From the NCBI GenBank assembly GCA_003648195.1, contig QMOK01000003.1, positions 1 through 39,526 on the forward strand: a stretch of 39,526 nt of DNA, in the 5' to 3' direction. The notes beneath the pieces are model-generated. The model did no database searches, was not told the DNA's origin, and saw only the letters and a program-made list of their open reading frames with translations. Shown one piece after another: positions 27,893-37,070 of this stretch (positions are counted from its first letter, which is position 1; every line of letters begins with the position of its first letter). The translations under genes and the position numbers were made by a program. The stretch is from Chloroflexota bacterium (GTDB lineage Bacteria > Chloroflexota > Anaerolineae > Anaerolineales > UBA11858).

Positions 27893-28702
27893 TTATCGCT
27901 TCCTGAACCATACGGCATAAACCCCAAGTCCCACCCCGCCCAAAAGCAAAACAACACCCATCAACCCAAGCAAAGGCGACTTGCCAACATCTTCAGTAAT
28001 AGGCAAATTCTCTTCCACCGTTTCAGAATTAGCTTGAGCGCCAAAAGTAAGGTAAGAAATATCCCCTGCGGCCAACTCTACAGCGGTATTCAATACCATA
28101 GTTGGGTTATACCCTTCGGGAATAGCAGCACTAGCATTATAAGATCCCTCCTCTAAATTTTCAGTGCAAAAATAATCATCCCCCTCTACAGTATCTTCGG
28201 TGATAGAAACGGAGCCATCCCTGTTACTAATATTAATCGCCCCACCGGGTAAAGAATGTTCCTCTTCTTGGCGAATAGAATCGCCGTTCTCATCCTCAAA
28301 AACTAACACGCACAATGTTCCAAAACCCGGTTCAGGAGTTTCTGTAGGCATAGCTGGAGTAGCAGTGATAGCAAAAACCACGGTCGGCTCCACGACTTCT
28401 GCCGGCCCAGCCAACCCCAAAAACAATTCCTGCCCCGGAACAACCACTTCGTCTGCGCCAAGATTATTCAAAGCCCGCAAGTCAGCCACCGAAATCCCAG
28501 TAATGGCAGCTATACGCCACAAAGTATCTCCCTGCTTTATAATATAAATAATTCTCCCATCTGTCCCAGGTGTAGGGGTAGGAAAAGGAGTGAGCTGGTA
28601 CTGTGGAGCAGCTTGAACAGGCCCTTGCCAAACAACGCCCAACACAAGAAGAATAGCAAAGCCAAGGCCAAAAACAGTTTTTGTAAAAGTGAGTTTCTTC
28701 AT
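27893..28702 (-). CDS. LysM-domain surface protein with SdrD-B-like domain and C-terminal membrane anchor
   Basis: Signal peptide, YIIKQGDTLWRIA...LNNL (LysM), FEDENGDSIRQEEE, C-terminal TM plus RKR. Confidence 0.85.
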   Translation of the reverse strand: MKKLTFTKTVFGLGFAILLVLGVVWQGPVQAAPQYQLTPFPTPTPGTDGRIIYIIKQGDTLWRIAAITGISVADLRALNNLGADEVVVPGQELFLGLAGPAEVVEPTVVFAITATPAMPTETPEPGFGTLCVLVFEDENGDSIRQEEEHSLPGGAINISNRDGSVSITEDTVEGDDYFCTENLEEGSYNASAAIPEGYNPTMVLNTAVELAAGDISYLTFGAQANSETVEENLPITEDVGKSPLLGLMGVVLLLGGVGLGVYAVWFRKR

Positions 28703-28950
28703 ACCTTGATTATACCCATTCATTATGTTTTCTCCAAGGAGAGATTAAAAATGCTGAGAATTGGAGAAAAAAAGGCGGAGCGCCCGAGGAAGAGCAGTTC
28801 GCCAAAATAGGGCGGATAGGCGTGGGGGAGGGTACACGCAGACAATGGAATGTTGTGCAAGGGAGCAGGGCGAAAAGAAAATGGAACGAAAACATATCTC
28901 AAAAAAGTAAAAAATAGCGCAAAATGAGTTACAATAGACAAAATATAATC

Positions 28951-29081
28951 GTAACTACTCAGGCATGTCATTGCGAAGCGGTGTTTTCCCGCTGAAGCAA
29001 TCTCCTAGAGCGTCTGGGAGACTGCTTCGGGGCAAAAAACGCTCCTCGCAGTGACATTTCAAAGGTGGGCTGAGCAGTTAC
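28951..29081. mobile_element. MITE family C copy 2 (131 bp, inverted)
   Basis: TIR GTAACTACTCAG / CTGAGCAGTTAC. 8-bp TSD ATATAATC on both sides. Confidence 0.9.
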
Positions 29082-29138
29082 ATATAATCAACAGAATATC
29101 CCCTGATGCTAACCGCACTAAAAGGATAAAAAAGACCC

Positions 29139-30575
29139 ATGACCAAATATGAAACCGTAATCGGCCTCGAAACCCACATCCAACTAAACACCCAAAGTAA
29201 AATTTTCTGTTCCTGCAAAGCAGACTCTTGGGGAGATCCACCCAACACCAATATTTGTCCAGTATGCACAGGGCAACCGGGCGTACTACCCATTCCCAAC
29301 AAAGCTGTCATAAAAAAAGGCATCCTCCTCGCCGCAGCTATGAACTCTGAGATTCGCCCCGTTTCATTCTTCGATAGGAAAAACTACTTCTACCCCGACC
29401 TCCCCAAAGGGTACCAAATAACACAATACGACATGGCTCTTGGCAAGGGCGGGTATATGGACATTCCCACCATCAACGGAGAAACACGAAGAGTAACTAT
29501 CGAAAAATTGCACCTTGAAGAAGATGCGGGGAAAACCATCCACAAGCCTGGGCGCAGGTTGCTAGACTTCAATCGTTGCGGCGTCCCTCTTATAGAAATG
29601 GTGACCGGGCCAGACTTACGTTCTGCAGACGAAGCCGCCGAATACCTCACCCGCCTCCGGCAACTTCTGCGCTGGATTGGAGTCTCAGAAGCAGAGATGG
29701 AAAAAGGCCACCTCCGCTGCGATGCGAACGTATCCATTAGACCAATAGGCTCAACCGAGCTAAACCCCAAAATGGAAATCAAAAACGTTAACTCTATTGA
29801 ACACGTTCGCCACGCCATCAATGCAGAAGTCAAACGTCAAATCAAAGAAGTAGAAGCCGGACGCAAGATTACATCTTGGACGCTAGATTGGGATGAAGAC
29901 ACGCAAACCCTTTCTAAGATGCGCTCTAAAGAAACAGAAGCCGACTATCACTACTTTCGAGAGCCAGATTTACTGCCCGTGCGCTTAGACGCAGAAGAAA
30001 AAGATAAGGTCCTCGCTCAACTCCCTGAACTCCCCTTAAAGCGTCAAGCCCGCTTCGAGAAAGAATACGAACTTCCTACTTACAACGCAGAAATTTTAAC
30101 CAGTGAACGTGCGCTCTCCGATTATTTTGAAGCCACTGTTAAATTCTATCGGGGAGAAGCTAAACAGGTTTCCAATTGGATTATGAATGATGTACTCGGC
30201 ATCCTCAACGAACGTGGACTTTCCGCCCCGGAGCTTCAACTTACTCCCGAACGCCTGGCAAAAGTCATCATTCTCGTAGACAATAAAGTCATAAATACCT
30301 CTACGGGGAGAGATATTCTCCGCAAAGTAGAAAGCAGCGGCAAAGATCCCGCTCAAATTGTAGAAGAAGAAGGCTTAAGTCAGATGACCGACAACGCAGC
30401 CATTGAGAAAGTTTGCGCCGAAATTATTGAGGAAAACCCCTCTCAGGTGGAGCAATACCAAAATGGAAAGAAAATGGTCTTGGGCTGGCTCATTGGTCAG
30501 GTGATGGGAAAAACGCGCGGCAAAGCCGATCCTCAGGCAGTTAGAGCAATGTTGCAAAAATTACTATCCGATTAA
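29139..30575 (+). CDS. gatB: Asp/Glu-tRNA amidotransferase subunit B
   Basis: IGLETHIQL, FDRKNYFYPDLPKGYQITQ, HLEEDAGK, LRCDANVS, EIKN, YFREPDL. Confidence 0.97.
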   Translation: MTKYETVIGLETHIQLNTQSKIFCSCKADSWGDPPNTNICPVCTGQPGVLPIPNKAVIKKGILLAAAMNSEIRPVSFFDRKNYFYPDLPKGYQITQYDMALGKGGYMDIPTINGETRRVTIEKLHLEEDAGKTIHKPGRRLLDFNRCGVPLIEMVTGPDLRSADEAAEYLTRLRQLLRWIGVSEAEMEKGHLRCDANVSIRPIGSTELNPKMEIKNVNSIEHVRHAINAEVKRQIKEVEAGRKITSWTLDWDEDTQTLSKMRSKETEADYHYFREPDLLPVRLDAEEKDKVLAQLPELPLKRQARFEKEYELPTYNAEILTSERALSDYFEATVKFYRGEAKQVSNWIMNDVLGILNERGLSAPELQLTPERLAKVIILVDNKVINTSTGRDILRKVESSGKDPAQIVEEEGLSQMTDNAAIEKVCAEIIEENPSQVEQYQNGKKMVLGWLIGQVMGKTRGKADPQAVRAMLQKLLSD

Positions 30576-30617
30576 CGCCTATATTCTTAGACAATACCTA
30601 TGCCGCTAAATATTAAA

Positions 30618-30668
30618 CTTCAAGTCTCCGGCGCGGTTGTAAAAAACAGCCGTACCGGAGACTTGAAG
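30618..30668. repeat. 23-bp imperfect inverted repeat after gatB (terminator or REP)
   Basis: CTTCAAGTCTCCGGCGCGGTTGT / ACAGCCGTACCGGAGACTTGAAG. Confidence 0.65.
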
Positions 30669-30684
30669 CGTCCGAGCAAAACGC

Positions 30685-30787
30685 GGGGGAATGGCATCAC
30701 GTTAGCAGAGCGGCGAATACCAGCCCGAAGGGGAATTGGGCACGGGGGTTGCAGTGGGTTCGCTCTGGAGCGTCATGCCACTCCCCC
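30685..30787 (-). other. Unassigned structured element (about 100-nt long hairpin)
   Basis: GGGGGAGTGGCAT...CAGAGCG pairs with CGCTCTG...ATGCCATTCCCCC on the minus strand. Internal C(UUCG)G loop. Confidence 0.45.
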
Positions 30788-30800
30788 AGCATTCACCCTC

Positions 30801-31223
30801 TCAATCAAGTTCTTGAGACATCATCGTCAACTTCACCCTTTCTGTCCAGCCCAAACTTTCCCAAAAATCCATGCCGTCTTTGTTATCCTCAAAAATGAAG
30901 AGATGGCATTTCTGAATGCCAATGCGGGTGAGGGCATATAAGCAACGCCCTACCAAGGAGCGTCCAAGACCTTGGTGGCGATAGTCGGGATGCACCATCA
31001 AATGATGAATATACCCCCGCCGGCCATCGTTTCCACACAAAACGGCTCCGGCTATCTCACCATTTTTCCAGGCCACGAAGCTCATGGATGGATTGCGCTT
31101 CAGGAATTTCTCAATTCCTGAATAAGAATCCGCTTGGCTCAATTCGATATCTTCGCTCATCTCCCAGAGCTGGTAAATTTTATCATAGTCTTTTAAGTTC
31201 ATTTCGTAAATTTCAAAATTCAT
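30801..31223 (-). CDS. GNAT family N-acetyltransferase
   Basis: GNDGRRGYIHHLMVHPDYRHQGLG, N...FWESLGW. Confidence 0.92.
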   Translation of the reverse strand: MNFEIYEMNLKDYDKIYQLWEMSEDIELSQADSYSGIEKFLKRNPSMSFVAWKNGEIAGAVLCGNDGRRGYIHHLMVHPDYRHQGLGRSLVGRCLYALTRIGIQKCHLFIFEDNKDGMDFWESLGWTERVKLTMMSQELD

Positions 31224-31299
31224 TGCATTTACTTCCTTGGATTCAACTCGGTGGGTGTTCCTCTTTTGTGAGTGCCCTTTTTTTATTTATACGGGTAAT

Positions 31300-32499
31300 C
31301 TAAATTATTTCAATCGCCATAGCAACCGCTTCTGCTCCGCCAAGGCAAAGGGAGGCTATGCCACGCTTAAGCCCACGATCTTTGAGGGCGTAGAGCAAGG
31401 TGGTCAGGACGCGGGCGCCACTGGCCCCAATTGGGTGTCCCAGAGCAATTGCTCCGCCGTGGACATTCACTTTTTCCCAATCCCAGCCTTGGCCGGTGAG
31501 GGCTTTTCCATCCGCTAAGACTTGAGCGGCAAAGGCTTCATTCAGCTCAATAAGATCAACGTCTTCCAATTTCCAGCCAGTTTTCTTAAGTAAAATGGGG
31601 ATGGCTTTTGCCGGCGCGTAGAAGAGATATTTTGGCTCTACGGCCGCATAGCTATAGGCTATAATTCGAGCCATAGGCGCAACCCCCATTTCTTCTGCTT
31701 TCGCAAGACTAGAGATAACAACAGCCGAAGCGCCATCGTTCAACCCCGGCGCATTCCCTGCCGTCACTTTTCCACCTTTGACGAAGGCCGGGCGCAATTT
31801 AGATAAGACTTCAATTGATGTGTCTCGGCGTGGTGTCTCATCGGTGTCAAAGATGGTCACTGCTCCTTTGCGGCCTTTCACTTCTACGGGAACAATTTCG
31901 GCCTTGAATTTGCCCTGGTCAATGGCATTGATGGCCTTTTGGTGGCTCTGGTAAGAAAATTCATCCATGGCTTCGCGAGAGATGCCATATTCTTCGGCGA
32001 TGAACTCTGCGGCATTACCCATGCTCCAATCTTCAAAGGGATCCCATAATCCATCTTTTAGAAGCGCGTCTGTAAGTTCAGTGTGACCAAATTTTAGTTT
32101 CCCTGTCCGTCCAGACACCAAATAGGGAACGCGGCTCATGTTCTCCATTCCACCAGCCACAAAAAGATCGGCATCACCAGCTTTAATTGCTTGCGCGGCC
32201 AGCATGGCGGATTTCAAGCCCGAACCACAAACTTTGTTGATGGTGAACGCCCCAACCGAAACCGGCAATCCAGAGAAAATGGCCGCTTGTCGGGCTGGGT
32301 TTTGCCCCAGACCAGCGGAAACGACATTTCCCATAATTACTTCGTGTATGTCTGTTGGTTGGGGAATAGCAGCGCGTTTGACGGCTTCGCGCACGACAAT
32401 TGCTCCTAGTTTTGGGGCAGGAATACCACTCAAAGATCCTTGGAAACGTCCAGAGGGCGTCCGCACCGCGCTAAGGATTACAGGGATATTACTCGTCAT
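31300..32499 (-). CDS. Acetyl-CoA C-acetyltransferase (thiolase)
   Basis: [33 protein letters not shown]. Confidence 0.96.
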   Translation of the reverse strand: MTSNIPVILSAVRTPSGRFQGSLSGIPAPKLGAIVVREAVKRAAIPQPTDIHEVIMGNVVSAGLGQNPARQAAIFSGLPVSVGAFTINKVCGSGLKSAMLAAQAIKAGDADLFVAGGMENMSRVPYLVSGRTGKLKFGHTELTDALLKDGLWDPFEDWSMGNAAEFIAEEYGISREAMDEFSYQSHQKAINAIDQGKFKAEIVPVEVKGRKGAVTIFDTDETPRRDTSIEVLSKLRPAFVKGGKVTAGNAPGLNDGASAVVISSLAKAEEMGVAPMARIIAYSYAAVEPKYLFYAPAKAIPILLKKTGWKLEDVDLIELNEAFAAQVLADGKALTGQGWDWEKVNVHGGAIALGHPIGASGARVLTTLLYALKDRGLKRGIASLCLGGAEAVAMAIEII

Positions 32500-32810
32500 A
32501 GTTCATCCTCCTTGAGATAAAAATCAGTGATAAATTATTCCATCGTTTCAACACATGTTTCACGCTTCAATTCTCCAAAATTACTCTAGCGTCTACAGGA
32601 CAAGACGTAGATAGCCAGCGTTTTCGCCCCTATGCGTAATCAAGTTCGCTGCGTCATCATCTTATGCATATGTTCAGCAGGAGGGGGGAGAAATTGCATG
32701 AGGGGGGGCAAGTCGTTCGAAAAATGTTTTTAGGGGGATATGGTTTCGCTTTCATCTAATTGTAGCAGAAAACTCACAAATATGAAAAAATCTTTCCATT
32801 CAATTTCCCC

Positions 32811-32841
32811 TTGACAATTATAGAACATCTGTTCTATAATT
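32811..32841 (+). promoter_or_regulatory. Consensus sigma70 promoter with a LexA (SOS) box in the spacer
   Basis: TTGACA (32811-16), 18-nt spacer, TATAAT (32835-40). AGAAC-ATCT-GTTCT at 32822-32835. Confidence 0.85.
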
Positions 32842-32918
32842 ATGTTCACATCCCTTACCCACGCCTCTCTGCGTTCCTGCCAAGCACGCAGGGAGGCGGT
32901 TAGTCACAAGGAGGAACC

Positions 32919-33620
32919 ATGAGCATTCCACTATTATCTAATAACTTCCGCGTCAAACGCGGCACATTATTCGGAGCCTTAATCATCACCGCCCTCATCG
33001 CCTTTGAAATCTTCAACTACAGCTCCACCGACTTCGCCCTCTCCGACCTGCTCGGAGAACTCAGCTTCTGGGGTCTAAACTGGGCCACAATTCTCGCCGT
33101 TGCCTTTTGCGGCATCGACTTCGCCGGTATTGCCCGGCTCTTCACCCCCGAACAAGGCGCGGACGAACCCGCCGAGGTCTGGTACCTCTTCGGCGCCTGG
33201 CTGCTGGCCGCCACCATGAACGCCATGCTCACCTGGTGGGGCGTCTCCATCGCCGTCCTCAACCACGAAAGCCTAGGCAACCCCGTTGTCGCCCCCGAAA
33301 CCCTGCTCAAAATAGTTCCCGTCTTTGTAGCCATTCTAGTTTGGCTCATTCGAGTGCTAATCATCGGCACATTCTCAATAGCGGGGGATAACCTCTTTAG
33401 CCAGGATGACCAAAAACTGCACCTCGCTGCTAACCGGAGAGAAACCATCACCTCACGAAGACCAGCGCCAGTTGCCACGGGCAGTCGTCTCTCCTCATCT
33501 CGGAGCGCACGGCCATCCTACAAGCCATCACCCAAACCAAGCTCACGCCCCCGCCCCGAACCCACCTACGAACCGCTCGCCGCACGCGGGCAGTCGCGCC
33601 AAGGCAAATCACAATTCTAA
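32919..33620 (+). CDS. Uncharacterised 4-TM membrane protein with basic disordered tail
   Basis: AAGGAGG SD, four hydrophobic segments, R/P/S-rich C-terminus. Confidence 0.8.
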   Translation: MSIPLLSNNFRVKRGTLFGALIITALIAFEIFNYSSTDFALSDLLGELSFWGLNWATILAVAFCGIDFAGIARLFTPEQGADEPAEVWYLFGAWLLAATMNAMLTWWGVSIAVLNHESLGNPVVAPETLLKIVPVFVAILVWLIRVLIIGTFSIAGDNLFSQDDQKLHLAANRRETITSRRPAPVATGSRLSSSRSARPSYKPSPKPSSRPRPEPTYEPLAARGQSRQGKSQF

Positions 33621-33629
33621 AAGCCCACT

Positions 33630-34352
33630 ATGGATTACTATCCCGAACCTTCCGCCGAAGAGCGGGCGGCTTCCCCCGTAGGGGGCGGTTGCCTGCTTCT
33701 TCTTTTCCCACCCATCATAGTCGCCTTGCTCGCCTTTTTCACCTTTGGAGAAGTAAGCATCGCCGAAACAGCGCCCCTGCCCAGCCCCACGCCTACAATT
33801 GTCCCAGCCCAAGACGCGGAAGCAGAAACCGCAAAGGCGCAACCAACCGCATCCAGCGGTCAGTTGGCGCGTCTATTCACCCCAGAAGTGCTCTTTTGGG
33901 AAGAAGAAATTCTAAAATGGAGCGAGCAATACAAACTAAACCCAAACCTAGTAGCCACGGTAATGCAAATTGAATCCTGCGGAGACAAACAAGCGCGTTC
34001 TGGGGCGGGAGCAATGGGGTTATTTCAGGTGATGCCCTACCACTTCGCGGCGGGAGAAAACGCCTACCATCCGGGCACAAACGCCAAGCGCGGGCTGCAA
34101 TATTTGAGGGCCGCGCAAGAAAAGGGTGGGAGCGTGCGCATGGCTTTCGCCGGATACAATGGAGGGATCACAGGCGCGGCCCAAGGGGAGGCGTACTGGC
34201 CCGCTGAAACCAAACGCTACGTTTACTGGGGGATGGGCATCTACAAAGCCGCCAAAGCGGGAGATACCACCAGCGCGCGTCTGAACGAATGGCTAGCTAG
34301 TGGAGGGGCTAGCTTGTGCGCTCAGGCGGCAAGACGCCAGGGTTCGCAGTAA
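33630..34352 (+). CDS. Membrane-anchored lytic transglycosylase (SLT domain)
   Basis: N-terminal TM, P/T linker, motifs QIESCG, AMGLFQVMP, AGYNGG. Confidence 0.9.
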   Translation: MDYYPEPSAEERAASPVGGGCLLLLFPPIIVALLAFFTFGEVSIAETAPLPSPTPTIVPAQDAEAETAKAQPTASSGQLARLFTPEVLFWEEEILKWSEQYKLNPNLVATVMQIESCGDKQARSGAGAMGLFQVMPYHFAAGENAYHPGTNAKRGLQYLRAAQEKGGSVRMAFAGYNGGITGAAQGEAYWPAETKRYVYWGMGIYKAAKAGDTTSARLNEWLASGGASLCAQAARRQGSQ

Positions 34353-34480
34353 CGCCTGGAAGCGGTTCTACCATCCCCTGCGCGTTAAAACCTTTGGGGA
34401 ATAGCCTTAAGTTTGAAGATTGTTAGCACGTTTTTTGGGGGTTCTACGCCTTTGTTTTCCCCCATTCAGTTTAAATAAAT

Positions 34481-34512
34481 AAAACCGCTGGTTTAAGCCC
34501 AGCGGTTTTTTT
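34481..34512. terminator. Bidirectional intrinsic terminator
   Basis: AAAACCGCTGG-loop-CCAGCGGTTTTTTT between the SLT gene and the convergent tRNA. Confidence 0.8.
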
Positions 34513-34513
34513 G

Positions 34514-34587
34514 TCGGGATGGAGGGATTTGAACCCACGGCCTCGCCGACCCGAACGGCGCGCGCTACCGGACTGCGCCACATCCCG
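34514..34587 (-). tRNA. tRNA-Pro(CGG)
   Basis: Cloverleaf: acceptor CGGGATG/CATCCCG, D arm GCGC/GCGC, anticodon arm CGCCG-TTCGGGT-CGGCG, T loop TTCAAAT. CCA not encoded. Confidence 0.95.
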
Positions 34588-34660
34588 ATGCGGCAAGATT
34601 ATATCTTAGGATAGGGAAGTGAGCAAGGCTGGCATATTGGGAAAATGGTGAATCGGTAAT

Positions 34661-35866
34661 TTACCGTTTTTCTTCAAGTGTGATGGGGCCAAAGAATGAA
34701 CGAAATTTTCCAAGGCGCTGATGATTGAGGGCTACAAGGCAGGCCAATAGTGTTGTGATTGGGACAGCGGCAATTAGCCCCAGAGAGCCAACGAAAGCGC
34801 GGACGATTTCCTCGGTTACAAATTCTAGGTTGAGAACGTAGCCTATTTGTTCTCCGCCTAGGCTGAACAGAAGCAGCATAGGAAGAGCGGCTCCTGCGTA
34901 GGCTAGCACCAGGGTGTTGACCGTGGCCGCGACATGGTCTTGCCCCACGCGCATAGATCGGGTGTATAGCTCTTTGAATTTCATGACAGGGTTTAGGATA
35001 TGAAGTTCAAAAGTTAATGAGGCTTGCATGATGACGAGGTCATCTAAGACGCCCAAGGCGCCGATAAGCATCCCACCCAGCACGAGGCCTCTAAGGTTGA
35101 TGCGCACATTAGATTGTTGAACCAAGAAGAGGGCGTTCTCGTTTCCGAAGCCGGTTAGGCGTGTTAAATCCACGAAAAAGTTGGCTAATAGCGCAGTCAC
35201 TATTAAGGAAAGGAGAGTGCCTAGAACAGCGGCGTGCGTTTTTAGCGTCCAGCCATAGATGAGGTAGAGAGACACGGCTAATAGGAAGAAGGCTCCGCTT
35301 ACACTGACCAGGACAGGATTTTTCCCTGCCAAGATTTGAGGGATGATGTACCAGAGGATAACGCCAAGACTGATTCCCATACCTATTAGGCTGCGTACAC
35401 CTTTCCATCCGCTAATGAGCACACTAAAGACTACGAATGTCCCGAATAGCCATAGAAGAGGGCGGGTGCGGACAAAGTCCATAAAGAATGTGTTGAGGTT
35501 TCCGGCGGGGTCTTGACCTACGGAGACGATGATTTGATTTCCGGCGCTTAAGTTCAGGCCTTCGGGGCGAGTTTGTTGTCTGCCGTAGTCTATTTCCATC
35601 TCTTGCCCTGCGAATTCGCCTTCTAATATTCGTATATTCAGGACTTGATAGGTTTGGGTGTGATTTCCAAGCTGAATCTCGCCTTCTTCTACAATGCCTA
35701 GAACTTCTGCCTTGACGGCGTCTTCTCCGAACCCAAGCGAGCTTTTAGTGTCCTCGGGTTGGTTTGCGGCTTGTTGGAGGTGAGGAATAAAATAGAGGAT
35801 GATAATTCCAGCTAGGATGACCACGCCGATTATAGAAAGTATGAAGAGGATGGTGCTTTTTTTCAT
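34661..35866 (-). CDS. YibE/F family membrane protein
   Basis: GWKGVRSL, IGALGVLDD, GQDHVAATVNTLVLAYAG, EEIVRAFVGSLGL. Confidence 0.92.
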   Translation of the reverse strand: MKKSTILFILSIIGVVILAGIIILYFIPHLQQAANQPEDTKSSLGFGEDAVKAEVLGIVEEGEIQLGNHTQTYQVLNIRILEGEFAGQEMEIDYGRQQTRPEGLNLSAGNQIIVSVGQDPAGNLNTFFMDFVRTRPLLWLFGTFVVFSVLISGWKGVRSLIGMGISLGVILWYIIPQILAGKNPVLVSVSGAFFLLAVSLYLIYGWTLKTHAAVLGTLLSLIVTALLANFFVDLTRLTGFGNENALFLVQQSNVRINLRGLVLGGMLIGALGVLDDLVIMQASLTFELHILNPVMKFKELYTRSMRVGQDHVAATVNTLVLAYAGAALPMLLLFSLGGEQIGYVLNLEFVTEEIVRAFVGSLGLIAAVPITTLLACLVALNHQRLGKFRSFFGPITLEEKR

Positions 35867-35875
35867 ATAGTTTTT

Positions 35876-36550
35876 TTACCATTGATAGTATTGAGCTTGC
35901 GATTGAGGTTTCGCGAAAATTTTGGCGAGGATAACACCACTCATAAATCCGCCAATGTGTGCCCAGAAAGCGACTCCGCCTACATCGGGACCTCCCAGCG
36001 AGAGAACACCCTGGAAGAATTGGAGCAGAAACCAAGCTCCCAGCACCAGACTGGCTGGCAGCATTGTCATGCGCATGTAGAATCCGAGTGGAATTAGAGT
36101 TACTATCCGTTGCTGGGGATACAGAACCAGGTAAGCACCCAGCACGGCGGCTATGGCTCCACTGGCTCCTACGGTGGGGATCATGGAAGAAGGGTTGGTG
36201 ATGATGTGAACCAGAGAAGCAATCGTTCCGCCCAATAAATAGAAAATAATGAATTTGCCCTTGCCCATGGAGTCTTCAACGTTGTCGCCAAAAATCCATA
36301 GATAAAGCATATTGCCGAAGATGTGCGCTAATCCCGCGTGCATGAACATACTGGTGAAAATATCGGTCATATTTCCAATTGATAAATGGCTTGTAATTTG
36401 CGAGGGAATGAGCGCGAATTGATAAACGAACGCATCATTAGAAGGTCCAAGCATGGTCTGAAAAATGAAGACAAGCACATTGATGGCAATGAGCGCATAG
36501 GTGATGAGGGGAGTTGTTCTGGTAGGGTTTTTGTCTCGGATGGGAATCAT
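35876..36550 (-). CDS. Rhomboid intramembrane serine protease
   Basis: SMFMHAGLAHIFGNM, GASG, AHIGGF. Confidence 0.95.
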   Translation of the reverse strand: MIPIRDKNPTRTTPLITYALIAINVLVFIFQTMLGPSNDAFVYQFALIPSQITSHLSIGNMTDIFTSMFMHAGLAHIFGNMLYLWIFGDNVEDSMGKGKFIIFYLLGGTIASLVHIITNPSSMIPTVGASGAIAAVLGAYLVLYPQQRIVTLIPLGFYMRMTMLPASLVLGAWFLLQFFQGVLSLGGPDVGGVAFWAHIGGFMSGVILAKIFAKPQSQAQYYQW

Positions 36551-36661
36551 AGAAATATCCTTTTTTGTGTTTGTAGGTACGTTGAATTATACCGTAGGTT
36601 GGTATGTTGGTATATTGGGAAACTGTTTCTTTGCCTTTTCCATCTCCTCTGTTTCCTTTAC

Positions 36662-36910
36662 GGGAGCACTCAAAGGTTGTTGGAAAGCTCTGCCCCCTGT
36701 CAAGTGTAATTTGATAGGCTCGTTTTAGGGCATGGAATTGATTCCATGTTTACATGCGATTGCGGATTGAGAGGGGCTAAGGTTTAACCAACAACTTTTT
36801 AGCACACCCTCCTTTAGGGAGCACTAAAAGGTTGTTGGAAAAAATGTCACTTCGTCAGGGTAAATTGTAGCGGCATTAGAGGATTAACCAACAACTTTTT
36901 AGCACTCCCC
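36662..36910. mobile_element. Two tandem MITE family D copies (36662-36809, 36817-36910)
   Basis: Each runs GGGAGCACT(C/A)AAAGGTTGTTGG ... CCAACAACTTTTTAGCAC(A/T)CCC. TCCTTTA occurs before, between and after. Confidence 0.8.
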
Positions 36911-36925
36911 TCCTTTACCTTCATC

Positions 36926-36953
36926 TTGACAGGCAACCAGCCTTTGGTAAACT
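36926..36953 (+). promoter_or_regulatory. sigma70 promoter of the proS leader
   Basis: TTGACA-N16-TAAACT with extended TG. Confidence 0.7.
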
Positions 36954-36962
36954 AAGCCCATT

Positions 36963-37019
36963 ATGACAAACAGACTTTTTGCCCTAACCCCCGTCCCTAG
37001 CAACCCAAAACTAAGATAA
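36963..37019 (+). CDS. Putative proS leader peptide (MTNRLFALTPVPSNPKLR)
   Basis: 18-aa ORF 9 nt after the -10 box with Pro codons CCC, CCT, CCA, upstream of a terminator. Confidence 0.6.
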   Translation: MTNRLFALTPVPSNPKLR

Positions 37020-37070
37020 TGTGCTTTCAGTCTTTGAGACGCGGGTAGGTTGCATATGTACTAAAGTGTG

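Noticed and set aside
27893-28020. Sortase LPxTG signal on the LysM protein
   Set aside because: The motif reads LPITE, lacking the Gly; a plain C-terminal TM anchor is sufficient.
29139-30575. gatB without gatCA as a novel system
   Set aside because: Split gatCAB arrangements are common, and the partners may lie outside the window.
30685-30787. SRP RNA or 6S RNA
   Set aside because: No CAGG...GGAA...AGCAG SRP motif on either strand, and too short for typical 6S RNA.
34514-34660. tRNA as an integration site; U-U mismatch in the T stem
   Set aside because: No integrase or duplicated tRNA 3' end seen. A single mismatch is within normal tRNA variation.
36654-36918. Mini CRISPR array
   Set aside because: The repeats alternate in orientation with unequal spacing, which fits TIR-bounded elements.
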